The notes below the pieces were generated by a model. It did no database searches. It was given only the letters and a program-made list of their open reading frames with translations, and was not told the DNA's origin. Source: Horticoccus luteus (GTDB taxonomy: Bacteria; Verrucomicrobiota; Verrucomicrobiia; Opitutales; Opitutaceae). From it: a stretch of DNA of 32,000 nt. The stretch is from NCBI RefSeq assembly GCF_019464535.1, contig NZ_CP080507.1, forward strand, positions 2,790,001 through 2,822,000. Direction: 5' to 3'. Positions 8,427 to 18,426 of this stretch are shown here, one piece after another. Both the position numbers and the translations under genes were made by a program. Positions within the stretch are counted from its first letter, which is position 1; each line of letters opens with the position of its first letter.

Positions 8427-10436
8427 ATGGATTTTGTCCTCGATTCTTCGCGCTCGCCCGACGCCTTTCCGCCCATCGATTTTCGTGCGCAGCTCAACGA
8501 CGAACAATTCGCCGCCGTCACCGCCACGCCCGGTCCGCTCCTCGTGCTCGCCGGCGCCGGCTCCGGCAAGACCCGCACACTCACCTACCGCGTCGCCTAC
8601 CTCCTGTCCCAAGGCGTCCGACCCGGCGAAATCCTCCTCCTCACCTTCACCAACAAAGCCGCCAAGGAAATGCTGCATCGCGTGCAGGATCTCACCGGCG
8701 TCGAACCCTCCCGCTTCTGGGGCGGCACCTTTCACTCCATCGGCAACCGCGCCCTTCGCATCTACGGTGACGCCATCGGCCTCCCGAGAAACTTCACCAT
8801 CCTCGATGCCGATGAATCCGAGTCCCTCCTCAAGCAGGTCGTCGAGACCGAGGACAAACTCTTCTTCAAGGACAAGACCAACCCCCGGCCCGGTCCGCTC
8901 TTCAACGTCCTCTCGCTCGCGCGCAACACCCAGAAATCCGTCATCGAAACCGTCGAGCGCCAGTTCCAGCAATACAGCGAGATCAAGCTCATGCTGCCGC
9001 CCTTCGCCGCCGCCTACGCCAAGAAGAAACACGAGCAAGGCGTCGTCGATTACGATGACCTCCTCGAACTCTGGCTCCAGCTCCTCCAAAAATCCCCCGA
9101 GGTCGCCGCCTATTTCGCACAACGCTTTCAGCACCTCCTCGTCGACGAATATCAGGACACCAACACCATCCAGTCCCAGCTCATCGACACCCTCGCCCCC
9201 CATCACCGCATCATGGCCGTGGGCGACGACGCCCAGTGCATCTACTCGTGGCGCGGCGCCGATTTCGAAAACATCATGACGTTCCCCGACCGTCATCCCG
9301 CCACCGTCATCCACCGCATCGAGACCAACTACCGGTCGACCCCGCAGATTCTCTCCTTCGCCAACGGCGTGCTCGAGGCCCAGCCCAAAGGCCGCCACTT
9401 CGACAAGGAACTCCGCGCCTCCCGCGCAAACTCCCAAAAGCCCTATGTCGTCCAGGTCATGGACGACCGCGAGCAAGCCGAGTTCATTCTCAAACGCCTC
9501 CGCGCGTTGATCGAGGACGAGGGCGTCCCCCCGGGCGAAATCGCCATCCTCTACCGCTCGCACTTCCACGCGTTGGAAGTGCAGCTCGCGCTCTCCCGCG
9601 CTGGCGTGCCCTACCAGATCACCAGCGGCGTCAAATTCTTCGAACGCCAGCACGTGCGCGACCTCATCGCCTTCATCCAGTTCGTCGCGAACCCCCGCAA
9701 CGAATCCGCCTGGCTGCGCATCGCCGTCCTCCTCCCCAAGGTCGGCGAAAAGGGCGCGCAGAAGATCCACGCCGTCGCCGCCGAACACGCGAAGCTCATG
9801 CAACGCGATTTCATCGACGCCCTCGCCACCGACGACGTCAAATCCAAGGTGTCCAAAGACGCCCGCGACGAGTGGGCGAATTTCTGCGCCTCGCTCAAAC
9901 AAATCTCCGACGTCATGCGCACCGGCAAACCCGACTCCGTCATCTCGACCGCGATCGATGGCTGGTATGGCGATTACATGAAAGGCGAATACGCCGACTA
10001 CATTGACCGCCTTGAGGAACTCAAAGCCCTCATCGGCTTCGCCGCCCGCTTCGACGACATCGGCGAAATGCTCTCCCAAGTCGCCCTGATGAACGGCGAA
10101 ACCAGCGACCGCCACGTCGAGGTGCCGCCCGACTCCGTCAAGCTCACCACCGTCCACCAATCCAAAGGCCTCGAGTTCGATGTCGTCTTCGTCATCGGCC
10201 TCGCCGACGGCCAGTTTCCCGGCCGCCGCTCGATCGAGGCCGGCGACGTCGAGGAAGAACGCCGGCTGTTCTACGTCGCGGTGACGCGCGCGAAAAACGA
10301 ACTCTATCTCTCGTATCCGAAAGTCGCCACGCGCGCCGGCCCCGGCGGCATGCTCCTCAACCCGAGCCGCTTCCTCCTGGAAGTGCCCGCCGAGCTTTAC
10401 CAAGAGTTGAAAGTCCGCCGCAGCTACAGTTGGTGA
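8427..10436 (+). CDS. uvrD: ATP-dependent DNA helicase, UvrD/PcrA/Rep family (SF1A)
   Basis: ATG at 8427 (MDFVLD..); the track starts at TTG 8349. All SF1 motifs are visible: Q/I (LNDEQFAAV..AGAGSGKT), II (LLVDEYQDTN), III (VGDDAQCIYSWRGA), IV (TNYRST), V/VI (TVHQSKGLEFDVVFV .. RRLFYVAVTRAK). Confidence 0.9.
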   Translation: MDFVLDSSRSPDAFPPIDFRAQLNDEQFAAVTATPGPLLVLAGAGSGKTRTLTYRVAYLLSQGVRPGEILLLTFTNKAAKEMLHRVQDLTGVEPSRFWGGTFHSIGNRALRIYGDAIGLPRNFTILDADESESLLKQVVETEDKLFFKDKTNPRPGPLFNVLSLARNTQKSVIETVERQFQQYSEIKLMLPPFAAAYAKKKHEQGVVDYDDLLELWLQLLQKSPEVAAYFAQRFQHLLVDEYQDTNTIQSQLIDTLAPHHRIMAVGDDAQCIYSWRGADFENIMTFPDRHPATVIHRIETNYRSTPQILSFANGVLEAQPKGRHFDKELRASRANSQKPYVVQVMDDREQAEFILKRLRALIEDEGVPPGEIAILYRSHFHALEVQLALSRAGVPYQITSGVKFFERQHVRDLIAFIQFVANPRNESAWLRIAVLLPKVGEKGAQKIHAVAAEHAKLMQRDFIDALATDDVKSKVSKDARDEWANFCASLKQISDVMRTGKPDSVISTAIDGWYGDYMKGEYADYIDRLEELKALIGFAARFDDIGEMLSQVALMNGETSDRHVEVPPDSVKLTTVHQSKGLEFDVVFVIGLADGQFPGRRSIEAGDVEEERRLFYVAVTRAKNELYLSYPKVATRAGPGGMLLNPSRFLLEVPAELYQELKVRRSYSW

Positions 10437-10444
10437 GACTACCC

Positions 10445-10861
10445 ATGCCCGCCCCCGACGCGCTCTGGATCCTCGCCGTCCGCCTGGCCGGCGCGTTTCA
10501 TTTCGTCACGCTCACCTTCGCCTGTTTCACGCCCATTCCGCCCGACTGGGATAAAAACCTCGCCGCGCTCCCGCCGATCCATCGGCGCTTCGCCATCGCG
10601 CAAAATTTCTCCATCGGCGCGACCATCGCCGTCCTCGGCCTGTTCTCGCTCGTGTTCGCACCGACGCTCGTCGCCGGTGCACCGCTCGCTCGCGCGCTTT
10701 GCGGTGCGACCGCGCTCTTTTGGGGCGGACGTCTCTGCGTGCTCCCCTGGCTCAACGTTCGTCCTGTTTTAACGACTCCGCTTCTCCGCCTCGGCTACGC
10801 CCTGCTGCTCACGCAGTGCACCCTCTACGCCGCCGCCTACGCCTGGCTCGCCCTGCGCTAA
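10445..10861 (+). CDS. Hypothetical small membrane protein
   Basis: ATG at 10445, 8 nt after the helicase stop, so probably co-transcribed. About 4 hydrophobic segments (LWILAVRLAGAFHFVTLTFACF; IGATIAVLGLFSLVFAPTLV; ..). No recognisable family. Confidence 0.5.
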   Translation: MPAPDALWILAVRLAGAFHFVTLTFACFTPIPPDWDKNLAALPPIHRRFAIAQNFSIGATIAVLGLFSLVFAPTLVAGAPLARALCGATALFWGGRLCVLPWLNVRPVLTTPLLRLGYALLLTQCTLYAAAYAWLALR

Positions 10862-10927
10862 ATCACGCCGCCACGCCGCTTGGTTGCGGGCCTGCGAAGC
10901 TTCGCACCGCTGCAGCGATCTTCGCGC

Positions 10928-11851
10928 TTAATCTTCCGCTCGCGCTCGGCGCCTGGCGCTCGCCCGCTCCAGCCAACCGTTCGTGCGCATCCACTCTTCC
11001 AAACGGTCGAGCACATGATCGCCACCGCCGCCGCGGACAAGAAACCCGTGGCCACCCATCTGAAAAATATGCAACTCCGCCGGCCGCTTCGCTTCCCGCC
11101 ACGCCTTGAACAACGCCAGGGAACCATCGGCGCCCCACACATCATCGGCCGCCGCCGCGAGAAACACCGGTGGCGCGTCCGCCGCGGGCGGCGCAAATCC
11201 GCTCGCTCCATAAATCGGCGCAAAGAAATCCGGGCGCGTCTCCATGGGCCCCGCCACGAGGTGACACGCGATTTCTCCACCCGCCGAAAATCCCACTACG
11301 CCTACGCGATGCGGATCGCACTCAAACTCCGCCGCGTGACTGCGCACATACGCCATCGCCCGCTCCGCATCTGCGAACGCCAGCGCCCGCACGTCCTGAC
11401 CCTTTTGCGGCCCTTCGATTACAATCCCCTTCTCGTCGCGGCGAAACGCCTTCGACATCGACGAATCCGTCGGATGAGCCACGAGGCGATACTTTAAAAC
11501 AAACACCGCCACGCCCGCCCGCGCGAGTTGTTGCGCCACCCGCGTCCCTTCGAATCGGATCGTGAGGTTTACCCCGCCTCCGCCCGGCGCGACAATCACC
11601 GCGGTGCCGGTCGCCTTTCCCGCCGCCGGCGCAAAATAGAGCAGGCTCGGGCGCGCCACGTTTTGCGTGAACTCCAGCCCCACCTCCGTATTGAAAATCG
11701 TCCGCTCGGTCAGATTCCAGCCCTCTGATCCCGGCGGCGTTCCTTCATACAAGGCGATCTCCCGATCCGCTTTCGGCAACGGCTCCGCCGGTTGAGCGCT
11801 CATGGCACCCACCAGCACAAAATTCATCACGGCGACAAAGAGAATCTTCAT
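10928..11851 (-). CDS. Secreted alpha/beta-fold hydrolase (esterase/lipase-like)
   Basis: ATG at 11851 gives the signal peptide MKILFVAVMNFVLVGAMSAQP. The track's 84-codon upstream extension overlaps the kinase gene and is Arg/Gly-rich. Oxyanion-type block VIVAPGGGG, nucleophile elbow GVVGFSAGGE, C-terminal HIFQMGGHGF. Confidence 0.8.
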   Translation of the reverse strand: MKILFVAVMNFVLVGAMSAQPAEPLPKADREIALYEGTPPGSEGWNLTERTIFNTEVGLEFTQNVARPSLLYFAPAAGKATGTAVIVAPGGGGVNLTIRFEGTRVAQQLARAGVAVFVLKYRLVAHPTDSSMSKAFRRDEKGIVIEGPQKGQDVRALAFADAERAMAYVRSHAAEFECDPHRVGVVGFSAGGEIACHLVAGPMETRPDFFAPIYGASGFAPPAADAPPVFLAAAADDVWGADGSLALFKAWREAKRPAELHIFQMGGHGFLVRGGGGDHVLDRLEEWMRTNGWLERASARRRARAED

Positions 11852-11865
11852 GGTTGCGAGCCCTT

Positions 11866-14724
11866 TCAACTGTTCCGCGGCGCTCGTTGGATCGCCGCCG
11901 CGATGTCTTCCGCTCGCACGGGCTTCGAAAGATAATCGTTCATCCCCGCCGCGAGACATTGCTCGCGGTCTCCTTTGATCGCGTGCGCCGTCAACGCCAC
12001 GATATGCACCGGCCGGCGCTCTGAGCCACTCTGGCTCTGCGCGACCTCCCACGCGCGAATGTGCCGCGTCGCCTCGATGCCATCCATTTCCGGCATCTGG
12101 CAATCCATCAGGACGACATCAAACACCTCCGCCTTCACGGCCTCGACCGCCTGTCTGCCGTTCTCCACCAGCACCGGGTCGTAGCCGAATTTCTCCAGCT
12201 GCTTGCGGATCACGGTTTGATTCACGCGATTGTCTTCCGCCACGAGAATGCGCACCGCCGGGCCGTCCTTCACCAGACCTGCCGCCGCATCGTTCCGGCC
12301 GAGGGCGGGCGTCGGGTTTTCCCGCTGCTCCCGCCCCAGCAACGCGCGCAGCGCTTCCTCCAGCGCGCGGTGCCGCACTGGCTTTCCCAGCGCGCGATCC
12401 GCGCCCGACGCCGCCAGTTCCTCCGGCGAGAGCGGCTCGCGAATCGTGGTGAGGAGAATCGTTTTCAGTCCCGCGAGCATCGGCTCCGACCGGACCTGCC
12501 GCAGCAGATCGAACCCCGTGGTGTCGGACAACTTCATGTCGATCGCCACGAGCGCGAATGGCCGCTGCGCGCGCACCGCCGCGCGTAACGCCGTCATCCC
12601 CGCCCCGCCGCGAACCGCCACCGAGCAATCGAGTCCCGCCGCCGAAAATTGCCGCCGCAACGCCTCGCCGCTCCGCTCGTGATCGTCGATCACCAGCGCC
12701 CGGAGCGAGCGCCACGCCGGCGGCGCCGCGAGGTCCCGGTAATCCGCCTCCGCCCCTTCAAACTCGGCCGTGAACCAAAACGTCGACCCGCGCCCCGCCG
12801 CGCTTTCCACGCCGAGCTCGCCGCCCATCAAGCCCACCAGTTGCCGCGAAATCGCCAGCCCCAGCCCGGACCCGCCGTATTTCCGCGTCGTGCTGCCATC
12901 CGCCTGCACGAACGGCTGAAACAACCGCCCCTGCTGCTCGGGCGTAATTCCGATGCCCGTATCCCGCACTTCGAAGCGCAGCCGCACGCTCCGCCCCACT
13001 TCCGCCACCTGCCGCACGCGCACTTCCACTTCTCCCGTTTCGGTAAATTTCACCGCGTTGCCGGCGAGGTTCACCAGCACCTGGCGCAGGCGGCCCGCAT
13101 CGCCGATCAGCCGCGTCTTCATGCCTTCGTCGATCAGGTAAACCAGCTCCAGATTCTTTGCGGCCGCGCGATCCGCCAGCAATTCGAGGCAGCCTTCCAC
13201 CGGTTCACGAATGTCGAACGGTGTCGCCTCAAACACGAGCTGCCCTGCCTCGATGCGCGAGAAATCCAGGATGTCGTTGATGATCGTGAGCAGCGATTGC
13301 GCGCTCGTGCCGACGATCGCCGCGAGCGCCCGCTGATTCTCCGTCAATTCCGTGTCCGTCAACAACCCCACGGCCCCGATCACGCCGTTGATCGGCGTCC
13401 GGATTTCGTGGCTCACGTTGGCCAGAAACTGCGACTTCAACCGCGCCGATTCCTCCGCCGCCGCCCGCGCATCGCGCAACGCCTTTTCACTCTGCTTGCG
13501 CTCCGTGATGTCCGACGTCGTGCCGATCAACCGCACCGGGTTTCCGCTCGGATCGCGGCGCACGACCAGACTCCGGCTCAACACCCACAGATAGCTGCCG
13601 TCCTTGCGCCGCAACCGGTGTTCGTTCACGCAGCTGCGCGTGCGCCCCGCCATGTGTTCGTGCAACGCCACCTGCATCGCCGGCGCATCGTCCGGATGGA
13701 TGCGTCCCATCCATTCCTGCAATGTCGCCCCCAATTCCTCCGGCGCGTAACCCAGCATCTGCGCCCACCGCGGCGAGAGCACCGCTGCGCCCGTTTTGAT
13801 GTCCACGTCGATGACCGCGTCCCCGGCTCCCTCGATGGCAAACCCCCACCGCTCCTCGCTCACGCGCAACGCCTCGCTCCGCCGCGCCAGCCGCTTCAAC
13901 ATCATCCGCTGCCACCAGAAGATCGCCACGATCGCCGCCAGCGCGAGCCCGCCCGGCAGCACATACGGCCGCAAGTCCGCCAGCCGGATCGGATGCGGCT
14001 CCAGCGGCCCGATCCACTTCGCATAAATGCGATCGAAGACGCCGTTGCTGCGCACGGTGGCGATCGCGTCGTTGATCCGCTCCAGACTGCGGGCATCGCC
14101 TTTGTGCACCGCGACCCGGTATTCGTGGATGACGTCGTCGATGTATTCCATCTCGAACCGGGAGAACGGATCATTGCCCGCCCGCCGGTAGCTGCGGATG
14201 AACAACGCGAAATCCGTCTGGCCGTCTTGCACCGATTTCAACGCCGCGGGCCAGGTGGGATACGCCACGATCGTCGCGCCCCAGCCGCCATGCTCCATCG
14301 CGTTCGTGTGCCCGATGCTGCCCGACAGCACCGCGATCCGCTTGCCGGCAAACTCCGCCGTCCGATGCACGTGCGGGCTGTCCGGCCGGAAATACGCCAC
14401 GCCATGCACGAACGCGTGCCCAATGGAAAAATCCATCTCCTTGCGCCGTTCTTCCCGGATCGTGACGTTCGCCAGCGCGTCCAGCCGTCCGGCTTGAAAC
14501 TCCTCCAGCACGTGCGCCCACGACCCGGGCACGATTTCAAAATCCACGCGCCCGGTGTTTTCCAACGCCGCCAGAAAATCCGCCGTGAAGCCCGTCAGGT
14601 GTCCGTTCGCATCCACATACGAGAGCGGATCCGAGTTGTTCTCCACTCCGATCCGCAACGGCGCAGCCGCCCCCAGCAACGCCGGGAACACGAGCAACAG
14701 GAAACACAAATAAAGGTATCGCAT
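11866..14724 (-). CDS. Hybrid sensor histidine kinase: periplasmic solute-binding domain, TM, PAS, HisKA, HATPase_c and two receiver domains
   Basis: ATG at 14724 ([21 protein letters not shown]); I rejected the track's 65-codon extension to 14919. Domains visible:
- SBP_bac_3-like periplasmic domain ([16 protein letters not shown]..).
- TM segment ([14 protein letters not shown]).
- PAS (..RKDGSYLWV..).
- H-box [16 protein letters not shown].
- ATPase boxes ([15 protein letters not shown]).
- Receiver 1 (LVIDD..AIDMKL..LGKP) and receiver 2 ([23 protein letters not shown]).
No Hpt domain is visible. Confidence 0.9.
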   Translation of the reverse strand: MRYLYLCFLLLVFPALLGAAAPLRIGVENNSDPLSYVDANGHLTGFTADFLAALENTGRVDFEIVPGSWAHVLEEFQAGRLDALANVTIREERRKEMDFSIGHAFVHGVAYFRPDSPHVHRTAEFAGKRIAVLSGSIGHTNAMEHGGWGATIVAYPTWPAALKSVQDGQTDFALFIRSYRRAGNDPFSRFEMEYIDDVIHEYRVAVHKGDARSLERINDAIATVRSNGVFDRIYAKWIGPLEPHPIRLADLRPYVLPGGLALAAIVAIFWWQRMMLKRLARRSEALRVSEERWGFAIEGAGDAVIDVDIKTGAAVLSPRWAQMLGYAPEELGATLQEWMGRIHPDDAPAMQVALHEHMAGRTRSCVNEHRLRRKDGSYLWVLSRSLVVRRDPSGNPVRLIGTTSDITERKQSEKALRDARAAAEESARLKSQFLANVSHEIRTPINGVIGAVGLLTDTELTENQRALAAIVGTSAQSLLTIINDILDFSRIEAGQLVFEATPFDIREPVEGCLELLADRAAAKNLELVYLIDEGMKTRLIGDAGRLRQVLVNLAGNAVKFTETGEVEVRVRQVAEVGRSVRLRFEVRDTGIGITPEQQGRLFQPFVQADGSTTRKYGGSGLGLAISRQLVGLMGGELGVESAAGRGSTFWFTAEFEGAEADYRDLAAPPAWRSLRALVIDDHERSGEALRRQFSAAGLDCSVAVRGGAGMTALRAAVRAQRPFALVAIDMKLSDTTGFDLLRQVRSEPMLAGLKTILLTTIREPLSPEELAASGADRALGKPVRHRALEEALRALLGREQRENPTPALGRNDAAAGLVKDGPAVRILVAEDNRVNQTVIRKQLEKFGYDPVLVENGRQAVEAVKAEVFDVVLMDCQMPEMDGIEATRHIRAWEVAQSQSGSERRPVHIVALTAHAIKGDREQCLAAGMNDYLSKPVRAEDIAAAIQRAPRNS

Positions 14725-14978
14725 TCGGGGTGACTTGGAAGGTCGCTGCGCCCTCGGGCCTCCGCCGCTCGCTGGATCGCCGGATCCGGCGCGGTGAACC
14801 CCCGGGTGCAAGGTCGCCTTGCGCCCCTCACCGAAAGGCATTTTGCCCGAATCACGAGCCTGAAACGGCCCGCCCTCTACCGCGGTCGCGGGCTCCGTTT
14901 CCAACACCTTGTTCCGCACGATGCTTACCAGCCAACGCGCGCGGGAACTCGCGCCGCGCCCGGCACACAGTTGGCGGC

Positions 14979-16754
14979 GTGACTTTCCAAATCGGTCTGC
15001 TGCTCAGCCTGATTGCGGTGGCGCTGGTTTTCTTCTCCCTCGAATGGGTTTCCGCCGATGTCGTCGGCCTCGGCCTGCTGCTCGCCCTCGTCCTCACCGG
15101 CCTGCTGCCGGCGGAACGCGCCTTCGCGAGCTTCGGGAGCGATACTGTCCTGATGATCCTCGGGCTGTTGATCATGACCGCCGCCCTCCTTAAAACCGGC
15201 GTCGTCGATCTGGCCGGCCGCGCGATTCTCAAATACGCCGGCACCCGCGTAAACCCCCTCTTGTTCGTCATCATGCTCGGCGTCGGCACGCTCAGCGCGT
15301 TCATCAGCAATACCGCCGCCACCGCCTTCTTCGTGCCCGTCGTGATGGGCCTCGCGGTGAAGGCCCGCACGTCCCCCTCGCGGCTGCTGATGCCGGTCGC
15401 GTTCGCCTCCATCCTCAGCAGCTCCGTCACCCTCATCAGCACGTCCACCAACCTCGTCATCAACGGCCTCCTCACCTCCGCCCACCTGCGGCCGATGACG
15501 ATGTTTGAACTCACCCCCGTCGGCCTGCCCATCGCCCTCGTCGGATTGCTCTACATGTTTTTTATCGGCCGCCGTTTCATTCCCGAACGCGCCTCCGCCC
15601 AAGGTGCCTTCGACACCTTTGGGATGCGCTCCTATCTCACGGAGGTCCTCGTCCTGCCCGATTCGCCCCTGGTCGGCCAGACCTTGGGCGAGTCCAACCT
15701 CGGCCGCGAACTCGACCTCTCCGTCCTTCGCGTCGTCCGCGGGGAACGCTATCTCCTTCCCCAAAGCGACATGGTGATCGCCGCCGGCGATGTGCTCCTC
15801 GTCGAAGGCGAACGCGCCGACGTCCTCCACGTGAAGGATACCGCCGGCATCGAAATCCGTCCGGAGATGACGCTCTCCGAACCCGACCTCCGCAGCGAAG
15901 ATGCCGCGTTGGTCGAGGCCCTCATCGTGCCCGGCTCGCCCTTCATCGGCCGCACCCTGCGCGGCCTCGGCTTCCGCGAAAACTTCGGCCTCCAAGTGCT
16001 CGGCGTAAACCGCCATGGCCGCAACCTCCTCCGCAAACTCGGCCAGATCGCGTTGCGCGTCGGCGACGTGCTGTTGATCCAAGGCCGCCGCACGCGCTTG
16101 GTGCGCCTCAATACCGACCGCGCCATCAGCATCCTCAACGCCGTCGAGGACCAGACCATCGACCACGCCCGCGCCTGGCGCGCCACGCTCATCTTCGTCG
16201 CTTCGCTGGCGCTCGCCGTGACCAATCTCGTGCCGCTCGCCGTCGCCGTGTTGCTCGGCGCCTTCGCCGTGCTCGCCACCCGCTGCGTCTCGCCGGCCGA
16301 CGCTTACCGCGAAGTGGAATGGCGCGTCGTCATTCTCATCGCGTGCATGCTCGCCCTCGGCGCCGCCATGACCGCCACCGGCACCGCCGAATATCTCGCG
16401 TCGCTCGTCGCCGGGGTCACCGCCCACGCCTCGCCCTTGTGGCTGCTCGCGGGATTTTTCCTTCTCACCGTCGCGCTCACCCAACCGATGTCCAACCAGG
16501 CCGCGGCCGCCGTGATTCTACCCATCGCGATTCATACGGCGCAAAACCTCCACCTCAACCCGCGCACGTTTGCCATGACGATCGCGATTGCCGCGAGCTG
16601 TTCTTACATCACGCCCTTGGAGCCCGCGTGCCTCATGGTTTACGGCCCCGGCCGCTATCGTTTCAGCGATTTCCCCCGCGTCGGCGCCCCGCTCGTGCTG
16701 ATCATTTTCGTCCTCGTCATGCTCCTCGCGCCGCACATCTGGCCGCTGCGTTGA
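14979..16754 (+). CDS. SLC13/DASS-family (CitT-like) anion permease with two central TrkA-C (RCK_C) domains
   Basis: In-frame GTG at 14979 gives ~591 aa starting (M)[18 protein letters not shown]. The upstream part of the track ORF is Arg/Pro-rich. Multiple TM segments flank two TrkA-C-like repeats ([22 protein letters not shown] and [23 protein letters not shown]). Confidence 0.85.
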   Translation: MTFQIGLLLSLIAVALVFFSLEWVSADVVGLGLLLALVLTGLLPAERAFASFGSDTVLMILGLLIMTAALLKTGVVDLAGRAILKYAGTRVNPLLFVIMLGVGTLSAFISNTAATAFFVPVVMGLAVKARTSPSRLLMPVAFASILSSSVTLISTSTNLVINGLLTSAHLRPMTMFELTPVGLPIALVGLLYMFFIGRRFIPERASAQGAFDTFGMRSYLTEVLVLPDSPLVGQTLGESNLGRELDLSVLRVVRGERYLLPQSDMVIAAGDVLLVEGERADVLHVKDTAGIEIRPEMTLSEPDLRSEDAALVEALIVPGSPFIGRTLRGLGFRENFGLQVLGVNRHGRNLLRKLGQIALRVGDVLLIQGRRTRLVRLNTDRAISILNAVEDQTIDHARAWRATLIFVASLALAVTNLVPLAVAVLLGAFAVLATRCVSPADAYREVEWRVVILIACMLALGAAMTATGTAEYLASLVAGVTAHASPLWLLAGFFLLTVALTQPMSNQAAAAVILPIAIHTAQNLHLNPRTFAMTIAIAASCSYITPLEPACLMVYGPGRYRFSDFPRVGAPLVLIIFVLVMLLAPHIWPLR

Positions 16755-16892
16755 ACTCGTTTCCCCTCGCTGGCCCGCGCGCGTGACCCCGCCCGCGCCG
16801 GCCTGAGATTCTCGCCCAATTTCCGGCGCGCCCCCCGCGCCGTCCCCGATTTGCGCGTTGCCTGCGTCCGTCCGCTCGCTTTTCTCCGCAGC

Positions 16893-17624
16893 ATGGGACG
16901 TCAGTGGCTCCACGCAAAACGCGCGATTGTTAATCTCAGAAAAGGCCAGGCGGTCGGCAAGGTGGTCAAAGAGATCACCGTGGCCGCCAAGCTCGGCGGC
17001 GGCGATGTCGCGGCCAACGCCCGCCTCTTCGCCGCGGTCGAAAAGGCCCGCAAACAAAGCGTCACGCGCGATGTCATCGAGCGCGCCATCAAGAAAGGCG
17101 CCGGCGGTGGCGACGATAAGCTCACCCTCGAACACATCGTCTTCGAAGGCTACGCGCCGCATAAAGTCCCGGTCATCGTCGAGGTTTACACCGACAACCA
17201 CCAACGCACCGCGCCCGAGATGCGCGTGCTCTTCAAAAAGGGCACCCTCGGCGCGGCCGGTAGCAACAAGTTCCTCTTTGATCACGTCGGCCTCGTCGAG
17301 GCGCACCACGCCGACGCCGCCATCGATCTCGAAGCCGCCGCGATCGAGGCTGGCGCCAACGATTTTGAGCCGCTCACCAGCGAGCAAAACGACGACATTC
17401 CCGAGGGCCGCACCGGCGCCCGCTTCATCACCGATCGTTCCGCTGTGCACGCCGTGTCCGTCTGGCTCGGGCAAAATGGCTGGACCGTTATCACGAGCGA
17501 ACTCGGCTATCTCGCCAAAAACTTCCCCGACCTCGACGACGCCCAGCGCGGTGAGGTCGGCGAATTTCTGCAATCCCTCGAAGACCACGACGACGTGCAA
17601 CGCGTCTGGGCCGCGGTGAAATAA
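16893..17624 (+). CDS. yebC: YebC/PmpR-family DNA-binding regulator
   Basis: ATG at 16893 (MGRQWLHAKR..); the track starts 14 codons earlier. Family hallmarks: KGQAVGKVVKEITVAAKLGGGD, NARLFAAVEKARKQSV, FEGYAPHKVPVIVEVYTDNHQRT. Confidence 0.9.
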   Translation: MGRQWLHAKRAIVNLRKGQAVGKVVKEITVAAKLGGGDVAANARLFAAVEKARKQSVTRDVIERAIKKGAGGGDDKLTLEHIVFEGYAPHKVPVIVEVYTDNHQRTAPEMRVLFKKGTLGAAGSNKFLFDHVGLVEAHHADAAIDLEAAAIEAGANDFEPLTSEQNDDIPEGRTGARFITDRSAVHAVSVWLGQNGWTVITSELGYLAKNFPDLDDAQRGEVGEFLQSLEDHDDVQRVWAAVK

Positions 17625-17682
17625 CGCCGGGAGCGCAGGCGCCTCCGCCCGCCGCTCCCCGCTGCAACGTTGGCGTCGCCCG

Positions 17683-18327
17683 TCAGCTGAGCGCCGCGAT
17701 CGCGCTCGCGTGCTTGGCCGCCGCTTCTTCCGCGCTCGACGCCGTGACGCGCAGGTCGTGCAACAGCCCGTCCTGGAGCCCGTAGACCCAGCCGTGCACC
17801 GTCAATTCCTGTCCGCGATCCCACGCATCGCGCACGATCGTGGTGTGCGCGACATTGGCGACCTGCTCAATCACGTTGAGCTCGCACAACCGGTCCGCCT
17901 GCGCCCGCGGCTCCAGCACGGCATCGAGCAAACCGCGGTGGCGGCTGCACACATCCTGCACGTGTCCCAGCCAGTAATCCGCCAGCCCGATCCGCCGGCA
18001 ACGCAGCGCCGCATCGACGCCGCTGCAGCCATAATGGCCGACGACCATCACGTGTTTCACCTTCAACACATCGACCGAAAACTGCAGCACCGAGAGGCAG
18101 TTCAGATCGGTGTGCACCACCACATTCGCGATGTTGCGATGCACGAATAATTCCCCCGGCAGCAACCCCACGATCTGGTTCGCCGGCACCCGGCTGTCCG
18201 AGCAACCGATCCACAAATAAGCGGGCGACTGCTGCCGCGAGAGCTTCTGGAAGAACTCCGGATCCTCTCCGCGAATCTTGTCCGCCCACGCGGCGTTTTG
18301 TGCAAACAATTGGCTGAGCTTGTCCAT
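17683..18327 (-). CDS. can: Beta-class carbonic anhydrase
   Basis: Collinear with E. coli Can over the whole length: FFQKLSRQQSPAYLWIGCSDSRVP, GELFVHRNIANVV, LNCLSVLQFSVDVLKVKHVMVVGHYGCSGV, HGWVYGLQDGLLHDL. Confidence 0.9.
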   Translation of the reverse strand: MDKLSQLFAQNAAWADKIRGEDPEFFQKLSRQQSPAYLWIGCSDSRVPANQIVGLLPGELFVHRNIANVVVHTDLNCLSVLQFSVDVLKVKHVMVVGHYGCSGVDAALRCRRIGLADYWLGHVQDVCSRHRGLLDAVLEPRAQADRLCELNVIEQVANVAHTTIVRDAWDRGQELTVHGWVYGLQDGLLHDLRVTASSAEEAAAKHASAIAALS

Positions 18328-18390
18328 CCCTCCAGCGTTTCACTCACGTTTCGGTTGTCCACTCCGGATTCGCGACCGCCTTCGCACCCG

Positions 18391-18420
18391 TTGACACCGT
18401 TTGGCGCGCCCACCTAACCT
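18391..18420 (+). promoter_or_regulatory. Putative sigma70-type promoter for accA (TTGACA, 18-nt spacer, TAACCT)
   Basis: Perfect -35 hexamer TTGACA at 18391-18396 and a weak -10-like TAACCT at 18415-18420. The usual start-site distance would put the transcript 5' end at or next to the accA ATG (18427). Sequence pattern only. Confidence 0.3.
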
Positions 18421-18426
18421 CCCGTC

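Noticed and set aside
8421-10403. 660-aa ORF antisense to the helicase gene, plus the 331-aa alternative-frame ORF at 8284-9279
   Set aside because: The sense frame carries every SF1 helicase motif. The antisense product is Gly/Glu/Asp/Ala/Val low complexity, and the alternative-frame product is Pro/Ser/Thr-rich. Both are composition artefacts.
8427-10861. UvrD-like helicase plus an adjacent small membrane protein as a possible defence module
   Set aside because: The helicase is a plain full-length SF1A UvrD/PcrA type with no fused nuclease or other effector domain. The neighbours are housekeeping-like, and there are no mobile-element or island hallmarks.
10892-10905. Perfect 14-nt palindromes: TGCGAAGCTTCGCA (10892-10905, between convergent genes) and CGCCGGATCCGGCG (14778-14791, in the kinase/permease divergent region)
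   Set aside because: With this base composition, several 7+7 perfect palindromes are expected by chance in 32 kb. They have no loop and no T-run, and they do not recur elsewhere in the window.
12649-14733. 694-aa plus-strand ORF antisense to the hybrid kinase
   Set aside because: The translation is Arg/Pro/His/Gln-rich with no domain signatures. The opposite strand encodes a complete and coherent kinase architecture.
10928-14919. Longer N-terminal extensions in the ORF track for the hydrolase (to 12103) and the kinase (to 14919). Similar extensions exist for the SLC13, yebC, the two DUF2934 genes and the helicase.
   Set aside because: The extensions are Arg/Gly/Pro-rich, overlap neighbouring genes or promoters, and precede internal starts that give clean signal peptides or canonical family N-termini. 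I used the internal starts.
14925-16484. 519-aa ORF antisense to the SLC13 permease
   Set aside because: It is Gly/Glu/Asp/Ala-rich low complexity, which is the mirror image of a hydrophobic membrane protein in GC-rich DNA. No motifs.
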